The notes: a model not told the origin generated them from the letters alone. 64,000 bases of DNA from Heteronotia binoei (GCF_032191835.1 NC_083240.1:3472001-3536000); one strand, 5' to 3'; counted from the first letter of the stretch, positions 1 to 12,946 are shown. Numbers and translations are program-made.

Positions 1-85
1 AAAGTTTGTTTCATAGCGAAAAGGGATACAAAGCTGCAGGGCCCTTCCCTGCCCCAAAAGCCAGTGTTTTTCAGAAACCTTAAAT

Positions 86-652
86 CGGGGGTGTCAAACA
101 TGCGGCCCGGGGGCTGAATCAGGCCCCCCAAGGGCTCCTATCAGGCCCCCAAGCAACTGGTTGTCATCTGCTTCCTTCTCCCTCTCTCTTGCTTCTTTCT
201 GCATCACACCTTGCCCTGCCAGGCTAGCACAGGAGCTACAGAGCAGAGTCTCTGTTTTCTCCGTTGGCTGAGGCTCCTCCCTTGGGGAGGAAGGGGGTGG
301 GAGGGATAGCTTGCCTTGCCAGGCGCAGTGCAGCTACTGAACAAAGCCTTTCTTCCTTCTATTGGCTGAGGCTCCTCCCCCTCCTGGCCCCCTGGGGAAG
401 GAAGGAAAGAGCCGGAGCTTCCTTTGCTCAGTTCCCTGGGCCCCATGGGAGGAATACAAAGAAAGCACCTTTAAAACCAATGAGTGCTAACGTTTTAAGG
501 ATGTTTTAAGGTTATAAAAAAAATATTTGTGTTTGTTTGTGTCCTTTACAAAGTTTATATCTCTGCTAGCTAATCCTAAATAAGTACACACATGGCCCGG
601 CCCAAGGTCTCATTTATGTCAGCTCTCATAACAAATGAGTTTGATACACCTG
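86..652. mobile_element. hAT-type non-autonomous DNA transposon (MITE)
   Basis: Termini cgggggtgtcaaac...gtttgatacacctg, flanked by an exact 8-bp TSD ccttaaat (78-85 and 653-660). Related copies at 16403-16969, about 18632-19095 and about 63659-63850. Confidence 0.85.
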
Positions 653-2573
653 CCTTAAATCAATCAATCAAGGGACAAATCTTAATCTACAAAACGTTAG
701 TGGATGTGCAGACAGAGCCCACTGATTTATCATAACCCTTGGTTGCACAAACACACACACACACACCCCAAGGCAGAACTGTGGTGCTTCTTTGGAAGTG
801 AATTCTTCTCTGTTTCCCCAGACCAGAGGGCCATTGTAGCCCAGTTTACTGCTTTCATCAGGGGACAGCAATATGCCCTCAAGGAGAGCATGCAACTGGC
901 CTTCTCCCGCAGCTCGTCCATAGTAGCTGGAATCTAGAGGTATACTGCCTTTGCATCTGGAGGTTCAGTTCAGCAGCCATGTCCAGCAGCTGTTGACAGA
1001 CCCGTTTCTCTATAAATTCATTAAGCTCTTAAAATGTACCTAACTTGTCAGCATCACCGCATCATGTGGCAGCGAGTCCCATAAGTTAATAATGCACCAA
1101 TCAAATGAAAACTGGTCAGTCATGGCCCTACCACGCCACTCCATTAGGCCCATCCTAAGTTCTAGCACAAGGAGAAAGGAGACAGATTTGTTTTTAAGCT
1201 TCCTCAAACACAGGATCGTTCTTATCCTGGTTTGCTTATTCAATGTGGTCTCCTCAGTTTCCTTGCCTTGAAACTATTCGAAAGCCAACCACATTAGAAA
1301 CCGTTTCAGTGGGTATATTTTGCCCACGGAGACCACAGCACTGGGTACCATACATGGAATCAGAGCTGAATTCCCACTGCAGAAACTGAAAAACTGCTTG
1401 TTTCAGTTCCAGCTGAAAAGTGGCCTATTGCCTCCTCAGCTTGAGGGGGATCCTCTAAATCTCAGGGGACTTCCAGCATGATCCAGTTGCTGCTGCTGAA
1501 CTCCCTTCTATGCTTAGCATGTGTGGGAACACCCATTGGCTTGCTCAGGATATATGAACATATGAAGCTGCCTTCTATTGAATCAGACCCTCGGTCCATC
1601 AAAGTCAGTCTTGCCTACTCAGACTGGCAGCGGCTCTCCAGGGTCTCCAGCTGAGGTTTTCCACGCCTCTTTGCCTGGACAGCCCTAAAACATCAGCCAA
1701 CCCTGCACAGAAACTCCAGTGAATTCCTCATGCGAGAAAACAAACGTACCCAAGTTAATACTTAACCATACAAAGAGCTCTCCTGGCAAAGGTCTTGCTA
1801 ATCAGAGAAGCTCAGCAGCTCTTCCGCTCACGCAGCCTCCATTCCATTTTAACTCCCCGAGACCCTCCCTAGTCTTACTTTATGGACTTTCTCAACCCCT
1901 GCTTTTTCCATGTAAATACTCAGTTTTGGGGATGAACAGGTTGGGGACAAATTAAAGAGGGCAGTCAACACTTCACCCATTCATGAGTTGATTGTGAAAT
2001 GTTATCTGGATTCTCTCGCTGCGCACTTTGATGTAAATTCTTGCACATTTTTTTTAAAGGCTCTCTCCCCGCTTGTAGAAAGCTGGTGCCCCAAGGAAAA
2101 AAGTTAGGCTAGAACCTCTTATCCCAGTGCGCTCTGTTCCCTACACGTTTCTTTGGGTAAGCACTGGAAAAGGCCCCACACACTGGCCAATTTGGAGAAA
2201 GTATCTGTCTCATTAAATCACTTCTGCAAGCCAGCCAGCGGCTTGGAGAATGCATAAAGTCAAAATCAAGATTCACTTTTGCAGCAGGAGCTCCTTTGCC
2301 TATTAGGCCACACCTCCCTGATGCAGCCAATCCTCCAAGAGCTTACAGGGTTCTTCTTACAGGGCCTACTGTAAGCTCCAGGAGGATTAGCTACATCAGG
2401 GAGGTGTGGCCTAATAGGCAAAGGAGCTCCTGCTACAAAGTGAGCCCTGGTTGAAGTTGCTTTCTTTCCACCTCTCCCTCCCAACTATTTGCCTTCCTTC
2501 CCCCCTTCTCTCCAACATCTTATGTTTATTCTAGGTGACTCTCGTGTTAAGCAAGTTTGGTCACCCCTGCAAC

Positions 2574-2732
2574 AGAACGAAGCAGGAGTCCAGTAGCACC
2601 TTTAAGTCCAACAAAGTTTGATTCAGAATGGAAGCTTTCGTTCTGAATAAAACTTTGTTGGTCTTAAAGGCACTACCGGACTCCTACTTTGTTCTACCGC
2701 TTCAGACCAACTTGCTGCCCACCTGGATCTAG
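2574..2732. mobile_element. Inverted pair of Penelope-like termini with a deleted centre
   Basis: Arms at about 2574-2628 and 2641-2695; same family as 57665-57901. Confidence 0.7.
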
Positions 2733-3399
2733 CATAAAAATGCAAGTTAGCAGCAAGCTGCATCGAATTCACCCTCCTGGAACGGCTCTCCTGAACGCAA
2801 GAGGCAACAGGGGGACGGTTATTGGGGTCTGGTTCATGGCCCCCCTGCGGGTCCAAGTTTATGGGGCACAACTGAGGGTCAGCTTTCTAGGGCCAGGGGT
2901 TGAGTCGGGAGGACAAAAATCCCTGCCCCACCCCAGGTTTCCAAAACCACCAACCAAGAACTAGAAGCTGCGAATTTCAAAGAGAAAGTAGAAGCAACCA
3001 AACTATTAAGAAACAATCATTGAGAAACTGGCCGGCTTCCTTCCTGGCTGGGGGAAGGAAAAGTAAAGGGGGTGGAGGGGGGAGACCGTTTGGACAGAAA
3101 GGAAACCTTGCAGAAAGTTTACTTTGCTGCATCAGGAATGTGCAGGTGGGGGGGGGATTGCGCCAGAGCACCCAGGTGGGTGTTGGAAAGAGGGGGCAAA
3201 AGAGTGCCTTCCAGGAAAGAGCCACCTCCACACTGCATGTTGGGGGTTGCTCTGGACCAGCCGGAAGGCCCACCCCACAAAACTCTCAGCCGCTGCCTCC
3301 CACCCCCAGCACACTCTCCAGCACAAGCTGGGCCCCCCCTGGGCTGGGCTGGGCATCCTCCCTCCTGGAGCACTTCCCAGGCCACGTTCCCACCTATGA

Positions 3400-3768
3400 A
3401 AGCCAGTTTGGTGTAGTGGTTAAGTGAGCGGATTCTTATCTGGGAGAACCGGGTTTGATTCCCCACTCCTCCACTTGCAGCTGCTGGAATGGCCTTGGGT
3501 CAGCCATGGCGGTTAAGTGCGTGGACTCTTATCTGGAAGAACTGGGTTTGATTCCCCACTCCTCCACTTGCAGCTGCTGGAATGGCCTGGGGTCAGCCAT
3601 AGCTTTTGTAGTTGTCCTTGAAAGGGCAGCTTCTGTCAGAGCCCTCTCAGCCCCACCCACCTCAGGGGGTGTCTGTTGTGAGGGAGGAAGGTAAAGGGGA
3701 TTGTGAGCCGCTCTGAGACTCATCGGAGTGGAGGGCGGGATATAAATCCAATATCACCTTCTTCTTCT
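3400..3768 (+). mobile_element. Squam3-like SINE with duplicated head
   Basis: gccagtttggtgtagtggttaag start, two heads, tail gggcgggatataaatccaatatc. Other copies at about 14920-15078, 19440-19725, 21340-21495, 23758-24005, 37555-38170 (tail fragments), 40085-40352, 47905-48185, 52555-53395 (three interleaved), 56083-56452, 59985-60252, 62090-62640, 63338-63612 and 63953-64000. Confidence 0.8.
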
Positions 3769-4550
3769 ATGCCCACGCCCCTCCTCGCCCAGGCTCATCC
3801 TCACAACATCCCTGCGAGGGAGGCCGGCCTGAGAAGACGACCCAGGCCCGCAGAGAGCTCCCCAGTCGAAGTGGGGGCTTCCTCTCCAGTCCCTGCCCGG
3901 CCTCCCCCGCTGGGCCAGGGAGGCTTCCCAGAAGGAAACGCCCTCTCCAGCAGACCCCAGTTGAAGTCTCTGTGGAAGCCAGGAGGAGACTTCCCCGCCC
4001 CGTCCAGCCCTCCATCACTAGATCTAACGCCCCCCCCGCCCCATGACGCTTGGTTTCCCAGGGGCTTTCTTCTTCTCTGCCGCTTCAGCACAAGACGGCG
4101 ACGCCCCTGGATCGAGCCCCGGGGCAGCCCCTGCTGGCCCCAAGCCCGGGGGAAGGGGCGCTGGCTGGCCTGCCTTGCAGGGCTGCCGGCGAGATTGCAA
4201 ACGCCTCCCATGCCCCCCCCCCTTGCATGCACCCTTCTCCCGCCCTCTACCTTGAGGTTCACCGCCGGCACCTCCATGCTCCCGGCCCAGCCGCTCCTGC
4301 CGCCGCCCGGGCAACTTTCTTCTGCTCCGGCCCGCCCCGTCCACTCCACTCCACTCCAGCCCTGCCCGGCCCGGCCCTGCCCTGCCCTGCCGGGCCCCGT
4401 GACTCCTGCCCGGGCAGACTCCTCCTCCCCGAGGAGGGAAGGCCGGAAGACCCGGGCCAGGCCGGAGGGAGGCCGCTTGCAACAGGCTGCAGGGAGCCCC
4501 GCTTCGCAGCGCCAGCAGCCAGCACCAGAGGAGGGGTGCCAAGTTCAAGT
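3750..4550 (-). promoter_or_regulatory. GC/CpG island, probable AGTRAP promoter and 5' UTR
   Basis: CpG-dense with GC boxes (cccgcccc); surrounds the AGTRAP start codon. Confidence 0.75.
4251..4277 (-). CDS. AGTRAP: Type-1 angiotensin II receptor-associated protein, first coding exon; remainder outside window
   Basis: Minus strand ATG GAG GTG CCG GCG GTG AAC CTC AAG|gtagag = MEVPAVNLK followed by a GT donor. Matches the AGTRAP N-terminus (human MELPAVNLK). Lies in a GC island in the syntenic position downstream of DRAXIN. Exon 2 not found at 1-4250. Confidence 0.9.
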
Positions 4551-5035
4551 CAAGAAACCTCTCGGGACTTTGGGGGTGGAGCCGGGAGACTTTGGGGGTG
4601 GAGCCGGGAGCAAGGTTGGGACAACCACGATGGAATTCTTAAGGGGGTGCTGGCCATCATATGGAAAGGGGCCGCACACCTTTGAAAGGCCTTCCCTCCA
4701 TTGGAAAGAATGAAGGAGAGGGGCCCCTTCTTTAGGGGCTCATCGAATTGGGCTCCCCTGGTCCAATCTTTTTGAAACTTGGAGGGTCTTTTGAGGAGAG
4801 GCGCCGGATGCTGTACTGAAAATGTGGTGCCTCTAACTCAAAAAACAGGTCCCCCCCAGACATCCATGGATCAATTCTACATTATACCCCATGGAATCGG
4901 TCTCCATAGGGAATAATGGAGTGCTCCGCAGATATTTCCCTCCCCCCCTCCCGCTTTCTGATGACCCTGAATCGGGGGGGGGGAGGGCCTCCAAACCGGG
5001 GGATCTCCTGCCCCCACCTGGGAATTGGCAACCCT
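4532..5035. mobile_element. TAGGGTTGCCA-type non-autonomous element
   Basis: Colinear with 21701-22392; ends tggcaaccct. Confidence 0.7.
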
Positions 5036-8034
5036 TGACCAGAGCCCCCAGCCGCAGGGTCCTCTGAGCACCTGCAGAGAGCGGGGTCCCCCTCTCAGTC
5101 ACTGAGGTCAGGGTCTGGCAGCAAACTTTTGAATATATATTATTATTAATATATATATTATGTATTCATTTATTTTTACCTAAAGGCAGCTTACATTATT
5201 TTCCAGTCCTCTGTTTTATCTTCACAACAACCCTGTGAGGTAGGCTAGGCAGAGAGAGAGAGAGAGAGAGCGCCCGAGGGGCCCAAGATCACCCAGTGAA
5301 CTTCCATAGCTCAAGGGGGGATTTGAACCCAGGTCTTGTGCAGATGACTGGAGAAGGCAATGGCAAATCACCACCCCATAAAAAGTCTGCCAAGAAAAAC
5401 TTTGTGATGTGACATTATCACCCCATGACTCATGAGTCAGTAACTGACTCAGTGCTTGCACAGGGGACTACCTTTACCTTACAAATACTAGTCCTACAGT
5501 CTTAACCATCGCACCACACCACTGTGGCCCTCAGGTGATGTGGCATCAGTAGATGCAAAATGAACCATTACAACCACTGAGCCACGGAATAACGCATTAC
5601 TGTCATTCAGGATAAGATACTCTGAGCATGTGCAGACTGCATTTATTCTCTCCCTCCCCCCCCCCCCACAAGAAAATCAAACGGATTCCGTCTTTGAAAG
5701 GGACTACCTCAAAGGGCTTCTGAACATATGCAGAACACCTTGAGTGCTGCAGCAATCCCTCCCTGGAACTACAGCTAAAGTTCTTCTGCCCGTGTACAGA
5801 ATGTTTTTTGCACACTGGAACTCTGCTCTTTTTTTTTTTTAAAGGTCTGAGTGCATGCAAAGTGTTGCTTGCCTTGGGACAAGTGGCTTAAAAAAAAACG
5901 GAATGGGCAACCCGTGATCTTTGAACGGGGCTCAGGATTTAAGTAAGAAGAGATCCCCGGGGGCTGCTTAGCGATCCATCCGGCCATCTGCTGCGGCTGC
6001 CCTCCAAACCCTTGCTTGTTGTAAGGGAAATGTCCTCTGCACATGCATTCTGAAAAGGCAGTTCCTTCACTAGGCCCCAGGGTTGCCAGCTGGCCTTGCA
6101 AACCATTCTTGGGATGAAACCCTGGCACCAGTTCAGAGGGGCCCCCCCACTGCCCTCTTTTTTTCCACCCAAGGCCAGAGAGATGTTTTAATCGGCAGGC
6201 AACCAGCTACAGTGTTGTTCTGTGCTGGGTGGCTTAACCGGCTGGGCACAGCTTCCCATGCTGTTTGGGGCTGCAGGCCAGATAACGGGGCACGCGGAGC
6301 CCTGCAGAAGAGATAAGCGGCCGGGGAACTTTAGGAGGGGGTGGCAGGCAGATCTCCAGCATCTCCTCACCCCTGGCAGCCCTTTGTGACTGCCTGCGTG
6401 TGACCCAGGCTGAAATCAGGCCTCCAGCGCAAAGCGCAAGATGGTTGAAAGCAACCTGCTTTCCTGCCACTCAGACACCTGGTTCCAGCCCGCTGAAAAC
6501 AGCCTTGAAGCGGCTTGCTTTGCACATGCATATGCGAATCTGCCTGTTGGTGGCTTTGCACAAATGCATAGACACCTTTCTGGTTTTCACCTGTGCAGCA
6601 CTCACAATGGCAAAAGATGGGGTCTTTCAGGGCAGGTGTGAATTCTGCCCACTGGGTGGAGAATCCTTTGGCTGGTGAGAAAGCACAAACCATGCCCTCC
6701 CCCCCCCAAGACCTGAGATGCCCTTCCTCAAATCAATGCAGTTTGCAAATCATTGCAATCAGTTTCCAAAATCTGGTGCTTGTGAGAAATTATCCTAGTT
6801 GGCTTTCCCTGGGCCAGAAGCCGCCGGGATTATTTCGCTATCCAGGACGTAGACTGAACACTGGATTAGTCTCGTTTACTAGTGTGATCCAGGTGGGTGG
6901 CCGTGTTTGTCTGAAGCAGCAGAACAAAGCAGGAGTCATAAAACGTTGTTGGTCTCAAAGGTTTGTTTGTTCGTTTGTTCACTAATGTGATTTGTGTACT
7001 TGTGCGTATATCTATCTTCTTTGTTTTTGTTTTTGATTCTGTTCCAGCCACCATGATTCTGTTCCAGCCACCACAGAAGTAGAAGTTACAATGTCCGCAG
7101 TGAGTTTTGAAACAGATTTCTTGCTGCCCCGATCAGCAAATGGGACGAGGAAGGACATTCTGTTGTGGAGCGGGGAGGGGAAGTCAGTTTCAGCTAAGCA
7201 AAAAAGTCACATCAAGGTGTTATAGCTGTCACCCGGCTTTTCTCCCTGGTTGGGGATTCAAAAGTGTTTTTCATAACATTGCCTCCTCTTCACAACAACC
7301 ACCTCCTTGTTGAGGGCAGGTCAGGCTGAGAGACTGTGACAGGCAAAAGGTCACCTGGTCCTCCCAAGTTCTAGTCTGATGCTCTAACCCTGCGAAGGGG
7401 CTTCTTGCTGGCACTTGGAGGGGGGGGGGGGACAGGGCCAAAGTCAGGGATCTTTTTAAAAAGTGGAGGGTCATCCTTTCCCACCCACTGCGGGGCTTTG
7501 CTGCTCCTCAGAAGCTTTCTGCGGGGGGGGGGAGTTGGAGGCTCTGCAAGTGGCCAAGTTGAGGCGGCCAACGCTGAAACTTTGGAGTCAAGAAGGGACT
7601 GCGCCTTGTGTGCAAGCAGGAGGGTTTCCCTCCTTCCTTCCGTCTCCCTCTCCCCCACCCGGGCACTTCGCAGCCCTCCCCCCCCCCCCCCCCGCCCGTC
7701 CCACAGGGCTTCCTCCACCTCCCTCCTCTCCAATTGCTGCTTTTGCTGCTGCACTGCACTGCGCCCTGCTCAGCTCTCCTGGCTCCGGGTTCAGGGGCCC
7801 CACCTGGAACTGGGGGTAGTGCCCCCCACATGCCCCACTGTGGCTACGGGCCTGAGCAGAGGGCACAGACCAACTGAGAGGAATAAGGAGACTGAGGCGT
7901 AGACAGTTCCAGGTGGAAAGCCATCTTGGTCTGCAGCAAAAGAGCAAGTTTTGAGTCCAGGAGCACCTTAAAAGACCAGCAAAATTTTCAGGGTGTAAAG
8001 TTACTTCTATCTGATGAAGGGATATTTGATCCTT

Positions 8035-9590
8035 AAGAACATAAGAGAGGCCATGTTGGATCAGGCCAATGGCCCATCCAGTCCAACACTCTGTGTCACA
8101 GAAGAACATAAGAGGAGCCCTGTTGGATCAGGCCAGTGGCCCCTCCAGTCCAACACTCTGTGTCACAGAAGAACATAAGAGGAGCCATGTTGAATCAGGC
8201 CAATGGCCCCTCCAGTCCAACACTCTGTGTCACATAAGAACATAAGAGAAGCCATGTTGGATCAGGCCAATGGCCCATCCAGTCCAACACTCTGTGTCAC
8301 AGAAGAACATAAGAGGAGCCCTGTTGGATCAGGCCAGTGGCCCCTCCAGTCCAACACTCTGTGTCACAGAAGAACATAAGAGGAGCCATGTTGGATCAGG
8401 CCAATGGCCCCTCCAGTCCAACACTCTGTGTCACATAAGAACATAAGAGAAGCCATGTTGGATCAGGCCAATGGCCCATCCAGTCCAACACTCTGTGTCA
8501 CATAAGAACATAAGAGAAGCCCTGTTGGATCAGGCCAATGGCCCCTCTAGTCCAACACTCTGTGTCACAGAAGAACATAAGAGGAGCCATGTTGGATCAG
8601 GCCAGTGGCCCCTCCAGTCCAACACTCTGTGTCACAGAAGAACATAAGAGGAGCCATGTTGGATCAGGCCAATGGCCCCTCCAGTCCAACACTCTGTGTC
8701 ACATAAGAACATAAGAGAAGCCATGTTGGATCAGGCCAATGGCCCATCCAGTCCAACACTCTGTGTCACATAAGAACATAAGAGAAGCCCTGTTGGATCA
8801 GGCCAATGGCCCCTCTAGTCCAACACTCTGTGTCACATAAGAGAAACCATGTTGGATCAGGCCAATGGCCCATCCAGTCCAACACTGTGTCACAGAAGAA
8901 CATAAGAGAAGCCATGTTAGATCAGGCCAATGGCCCATCCAGTCCAACACTCTGTGTCACAGAAGAACATAAGAGAAACCATGTTGGCTCAGGCCAGTGG
9001 CCCCTCCAGTCCAGCACTCTGTGTCACATAAGAACATAAGAGAAGCCATGTTGGATCAGGCCAGTGGCCCATCCAGTCCAACACTGTGTCACATAAGAAC
9101 ATAAGAGAAGCCATGTTGGATCAGGCCAGTGGCCCATCCAGTCCAGCACTCTGTGTCACACAGTGGCCAAAAAAACCAAGCACCATCAGGAGGTCCATCA
9201 GTGGGGCAGGACACTAGAAGCCCTCCCACTGTTGCCCCTCCACAAGCACCAAGAATACAGAGAACATAAGAGAAGTCATGATGGATCAAGCCAATGGCCC
9301 ATGTAGCCCAGCACTCTGTGTCACACAGTGAGTAAAAAACCCAGGTGCCATCAGGAGGTCCACCAGTGGAGCCAGAACCCTAGAAGCCTTCCCACTGTGC
9401 CCCCCCAAGCACCAAGAATACAGAGCATCCCTGCCCCAGACAGAGAGTTCCAACAATACACTGTGACCAATTGTTCCTGCTGCTAGTAAACTAATGATGG
9501 ACCTCTGCTCCAGATGTTTATTCAATCTCCTCTTGAAGCTGTCTGTGCTTGTGGCCACCACCACCTGCTGTGGCAGAAGCTTCTGCCCTG
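8035..9590 (-). repeat. CR1 3' fragment whose terminal 67 bp is amplified into about 17 tandem units (8035-9180)
   Basis: Unit aagaacataagagaagccatgttggatcaggccaatggcccatccagtccaacactctgtgtcaca. The reverse complement ends in the CR1-type (ttcttatg)n tail. A single CR1 body continues to about 9590. Confidence 0.85.
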
Positions 9591-10759
9591 GAAGTCTTGC
9601 TGGTCTCTTGTTGGTCCAAGTGGACTTGAGTCTTGCTGGGTCTCAGGCATCGTTTGAACATTTTAAAGAAATGCCGAATCCCTCCCGTCGCCCCTCTGTT
9701 GGGGGGAGGGAAAAGAGGTTGGGAGACGGGCCTTGAGAAGGATAACTCTATCTTTATTTACAGCTCATCCAAATATAAAACATGCAACCACGTCACGGCA
9801 TTGACTAAATTCTCCCATTACCAGCCCCTTTTCCCCCCTTTTTGCCTAGAAAATGAACCCCCGCCCTCTAATCTCCCAAAAATAACAATTAAAAAATCGG
9901 AAGCAGAAGGGGTAACTGAACAACTTTGCAGCTGTATCCTGGCAGAGAAGCTCTTGGATTCTGACACAGAAAATTCCCTGAAGGAGAGAAAGGAAGGAAG
10001 CCGGGGGCAACCCCTGGCCACTTAGAAGCGAAACATCCTGTGCTTGACGCGTCATTCAGGATCTGTAGAATCTCAAGTTTCTAGTCCTCATGAAACCCAG
10101 TAGAGAAAAGCTTGCCAATGAGGGGCAGGACAAGACTTCAAGGGATGGAGCTCAAGTGTTTTGTGTGGCTTCTCCCCCCTCCCCACTCCACCCCCAATTA
10201 ACAATAAGATTAATTAATTCAAAATAAGTAAAATGAGGAAGAATTTGTGGCCTATTACATAACCAATTCAGGATATAGAATTTAATTATTTTTTTGCATG
10301 TCACCTGAGCGACCAAGATGTCCCTTCATGTTCTGTCTGGGTTCTGCTCCTACAGCCCAGTACAGAGATCCATTGGTGCAACTCCACTAATGCTGGCTTG
10401 GATTGGGTCCTTGCACCTGCACATCTTTATCCCACGTACTAACCTGCACGCCCCAACATACCTGAGTGAAAACCTCAGTGCAGTAACTCACAGAATTTGG
10501 CTACAAGTGCGAACACTGGCTCAGAGGTTCCTAAACTGTGTGCCAAACCGTACTGGTATGCCATAAGAGAATTGCCTGTTATGTCTCTGGATGCATCACT
10601 GGTCTAGCCTCTCCCCATCAGCCTCCATCAGGTAAACTCTGCCCTGTCCCTGGGTATGTGTATGGAATTCAGTCATGTCTGATACAGTAGAATGACTCTA
10701 CAAAGGAAATGCACCTAGAGCAGAGACTCATACAGAGATGCAGCAGGCAATGGGTAACA

Positions 10760-10824
10760 TTTATTCATATAATAGAAGCCAGCTCTCTCTGATGTCAGAG
10801 AGAAAACTGCCTCCGACTTTTATT
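10760..10824 (-). terminator. Candidate DRAXIN polyadenylation signals
   Basis: Minus-strand AATAAA at 10760-10765 and 10819-10824, about 185-245 nt after the stop. The true UTR may be longer. Confidence 0.4.
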
Positions 10825-11008
10825 GTGTGTGTATGGGCAGATGAGATTTAACTAGCAGAAGTTCCAGGGAAACTGTGTTAGATTCACCACTGCTTTTGGT
10901 CACGGTTCAGCCAGCAGCATCAAAGCCGTCCGGTTGCCCTTCCATTCCCAACCCCACCACTAATTATAAATTAACTCCTCCAGCCAAGAAAAGCTTCCCA
11001 GCATCTCT

Positions 11009-11121
11009 CTAGACATTAATAAATGATCCTTGATCTCCATCGGTGTACTCTGGCTCCACACAGCGGCCTTTTCGCCTGGTCACCCTCCGGTTGCGGTGGA
11101 ATTTGGCATAGCAGCGCAGAC
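11009..11121 (-). CDS. DRAXIN: Draxin last coding exon (113 nt including TAG)
   Basis: Acceptor ccccttcag|GT. Encodes [37 protein letters not shown]. Total CDS 436+297+84+90+113 = 1020 nt = 339 aa. Confidence 0.97.
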
Positions 11122-11581
11122 CTGAAGGGGCAGAGAGAATGGGGGAGGGAGGTAGGCGAGAAAAGCATTCTAGGACATGGCAGATTCTACCTTGAGAGCT
11201 TTCCTTACTAAGGACAAAATTTTCTTGAAGGGCCAGCCGCAGCCTTCCAGAGGCCAGAATTTTGGCCCAGAGGTGTATACTTGCCAACCACGTTCTGCTC
11301 TATTGTATGCTGAGCAGTCCCCTGGAATACCTTCTGGAACCCCTGGGCTATCACCCAACCACTGAGCTGTTAACTCCTTCTGTGTGTCTCGTTGCTGAAT
11401 GAAGGCCCTTCAGATGGTCTGGCGCCCTAGGTGGTCACCTAACTCATCTCTCTTGGTGGTTCTAACCCTCCCTTAGAATCATCAAGCCTGGCCTGGGCAG
11501 ACCATTCCCACAGTTCAAGCGACCCCAGGAAGAGGACAGCCTCGGTCTTTGTCCCACTGGAAAGAGGTCACACTCTCTCAC

Positions 11582-11671
11582 CTTCTGCGCACATGCAATC
11601 GTCATAACATTTGTTGTTCAGGCCACGGTTGTGGGGCTTGCAGAGATGCTCCCTCAAGTCGCAGCAGCAGC
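11582..11671 (-). CDS. DRAXIN: Draxin coding exon 4 (90 nt), Cys-rich domain
   Basis: Acceptor cttggcag|GC, donor GAAG|gtgaga. Encodes [31 protein letters not shown]. Confidence 0.96.
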
Positions 11672-12862
11672 CTGCCAAGTCGAGAAGAATCGGGACCCAA
11701 CTTTAGTAATGTCTTTACTTCATGCGTCCCTACTTTTCTCCCACAAGAGGGACCCACAGCACTCCCCACAGAACAACCTTGCGAGGTAGGCTAGGGTGAG
11801 AGCACATGACTGGGCCAGGGTCACCCACCTAACATCCATGGCAAACTGGGGGTTCACATCTGCATCTCCAGGTTCAGCACTCTAACCCCCACACCGCACT
11901 GGCTTCCCCATGGCCTTGCTGTATCCCCCCCCCCCCATCCGAAGTGTTTGTGGGTTAATCTGTCCAGCACTTTGAATTAAGATCTTCCTCACAAGGCATG
12001 CCACCCACAGAGGCAAGGCGGGTAGGGGCTAGAGGCAAGGTTTTCTCAGTGGTGGCCCCCCCAACTTTATTTATTATTATTACTTTAAATACTTTATAAA
12101 ACCCTCTCCTATGAGGCTTGTCTGGAATCTGGGGGGGGGGGGGGCAGTCCAAAGGATTTCTGTTCATCCAAACTTTTCACTGACATTTTATTTCATTTTT
12201 CTTTTGGCTGCTTCGACTTTACCACCTTGTCCTGTTTCATGGCTTGCTTCTGTGCATCTATTGCTTCAGGCTCAAATACATACGCAGTAGAAACTGACCT
12301 TTGACTACTGTGCATGTATTTCATTGAGCACTGTATTTCATTCAGTAGAAATTGACCACTGACTATCGTGTATGTATTTCATTGAGCATCAGTTCCAGAT
12401 ACTAAGCAAACAACTGTGTCGGACGAAGGATGTGACCGAAACACGCCGAGATTTTCCTAGGCTGTGTGTCGCTTTATCTCTGCCATAACTCTTGCATTAC
12501 TGAAGGAATTACCAGCACTGTTTTGAGTATTTACTGTTCTGAAGATTCATTCCATCTTGTTTAGTGGACTCTTGGACTCAAAGCGGTTCACAAAGTGTAC
12601 ATGCATGCTGCTATAATTGCAACTCATTCATGTTATGAATGTTAATAACCAGCTGAATGTACTGTGTTGTATGCGATCTGAAATAATAGTATTTTGAGCA
12701 GTTATCTAAGTAGAAATACCGTAATTTTCATTGCACGGTTATCTCCAGGAACTCAACCTCATTGTGTTTTTTCCCCTTGTTTGTCGCCACCTGGAGCACC
12801 CCCATATGCCCTTGCATACCCCTCTCCTGCGGGTGCTAGTCCTCATGACAACTGAGGCCCAC

Positions 12863-12946
12863 CTGGGAGGCAGTCGAGATGATGGTCGCAGGGCTCCCCT
12901 TCAGTGGGGGTGGTTTCATTCCCACCAGCCTGACTCCGCTGTTTCT
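12863..12946 (-). CDS. DRAXIN: Draxin coding exon 3 (84 nt)
   Basis: Acceptor ctccccag|AG, donor CCAG|gtgggc. Encodes EKQRSQAGGNETTPTEGEPCDHHLDCLPG. Not represented in the ORF track. Confidence 0.95.

Noticed and set aside
1-4250. Search for AGTRAP exon 2
   Set aside because: No HWLLTTW-like minus-strand exon with splice sites was found; it is presumably outside the window.
3703-4713. 336-aa and 211-aa ORFs at the AGTRAP island
   Set aside because: Same GC artefact; they start or end within repeats. Only the 27-nt minus-strand exon is supported.
8035-9180. CRISPR-like appearance of the regular 67-bp and 93-bp arrays
   Set aside because: The units repeat end to end with no unique spacers, no cas genes are present, the context is vertebrate, and the units derive from CR1 and SINE ends.
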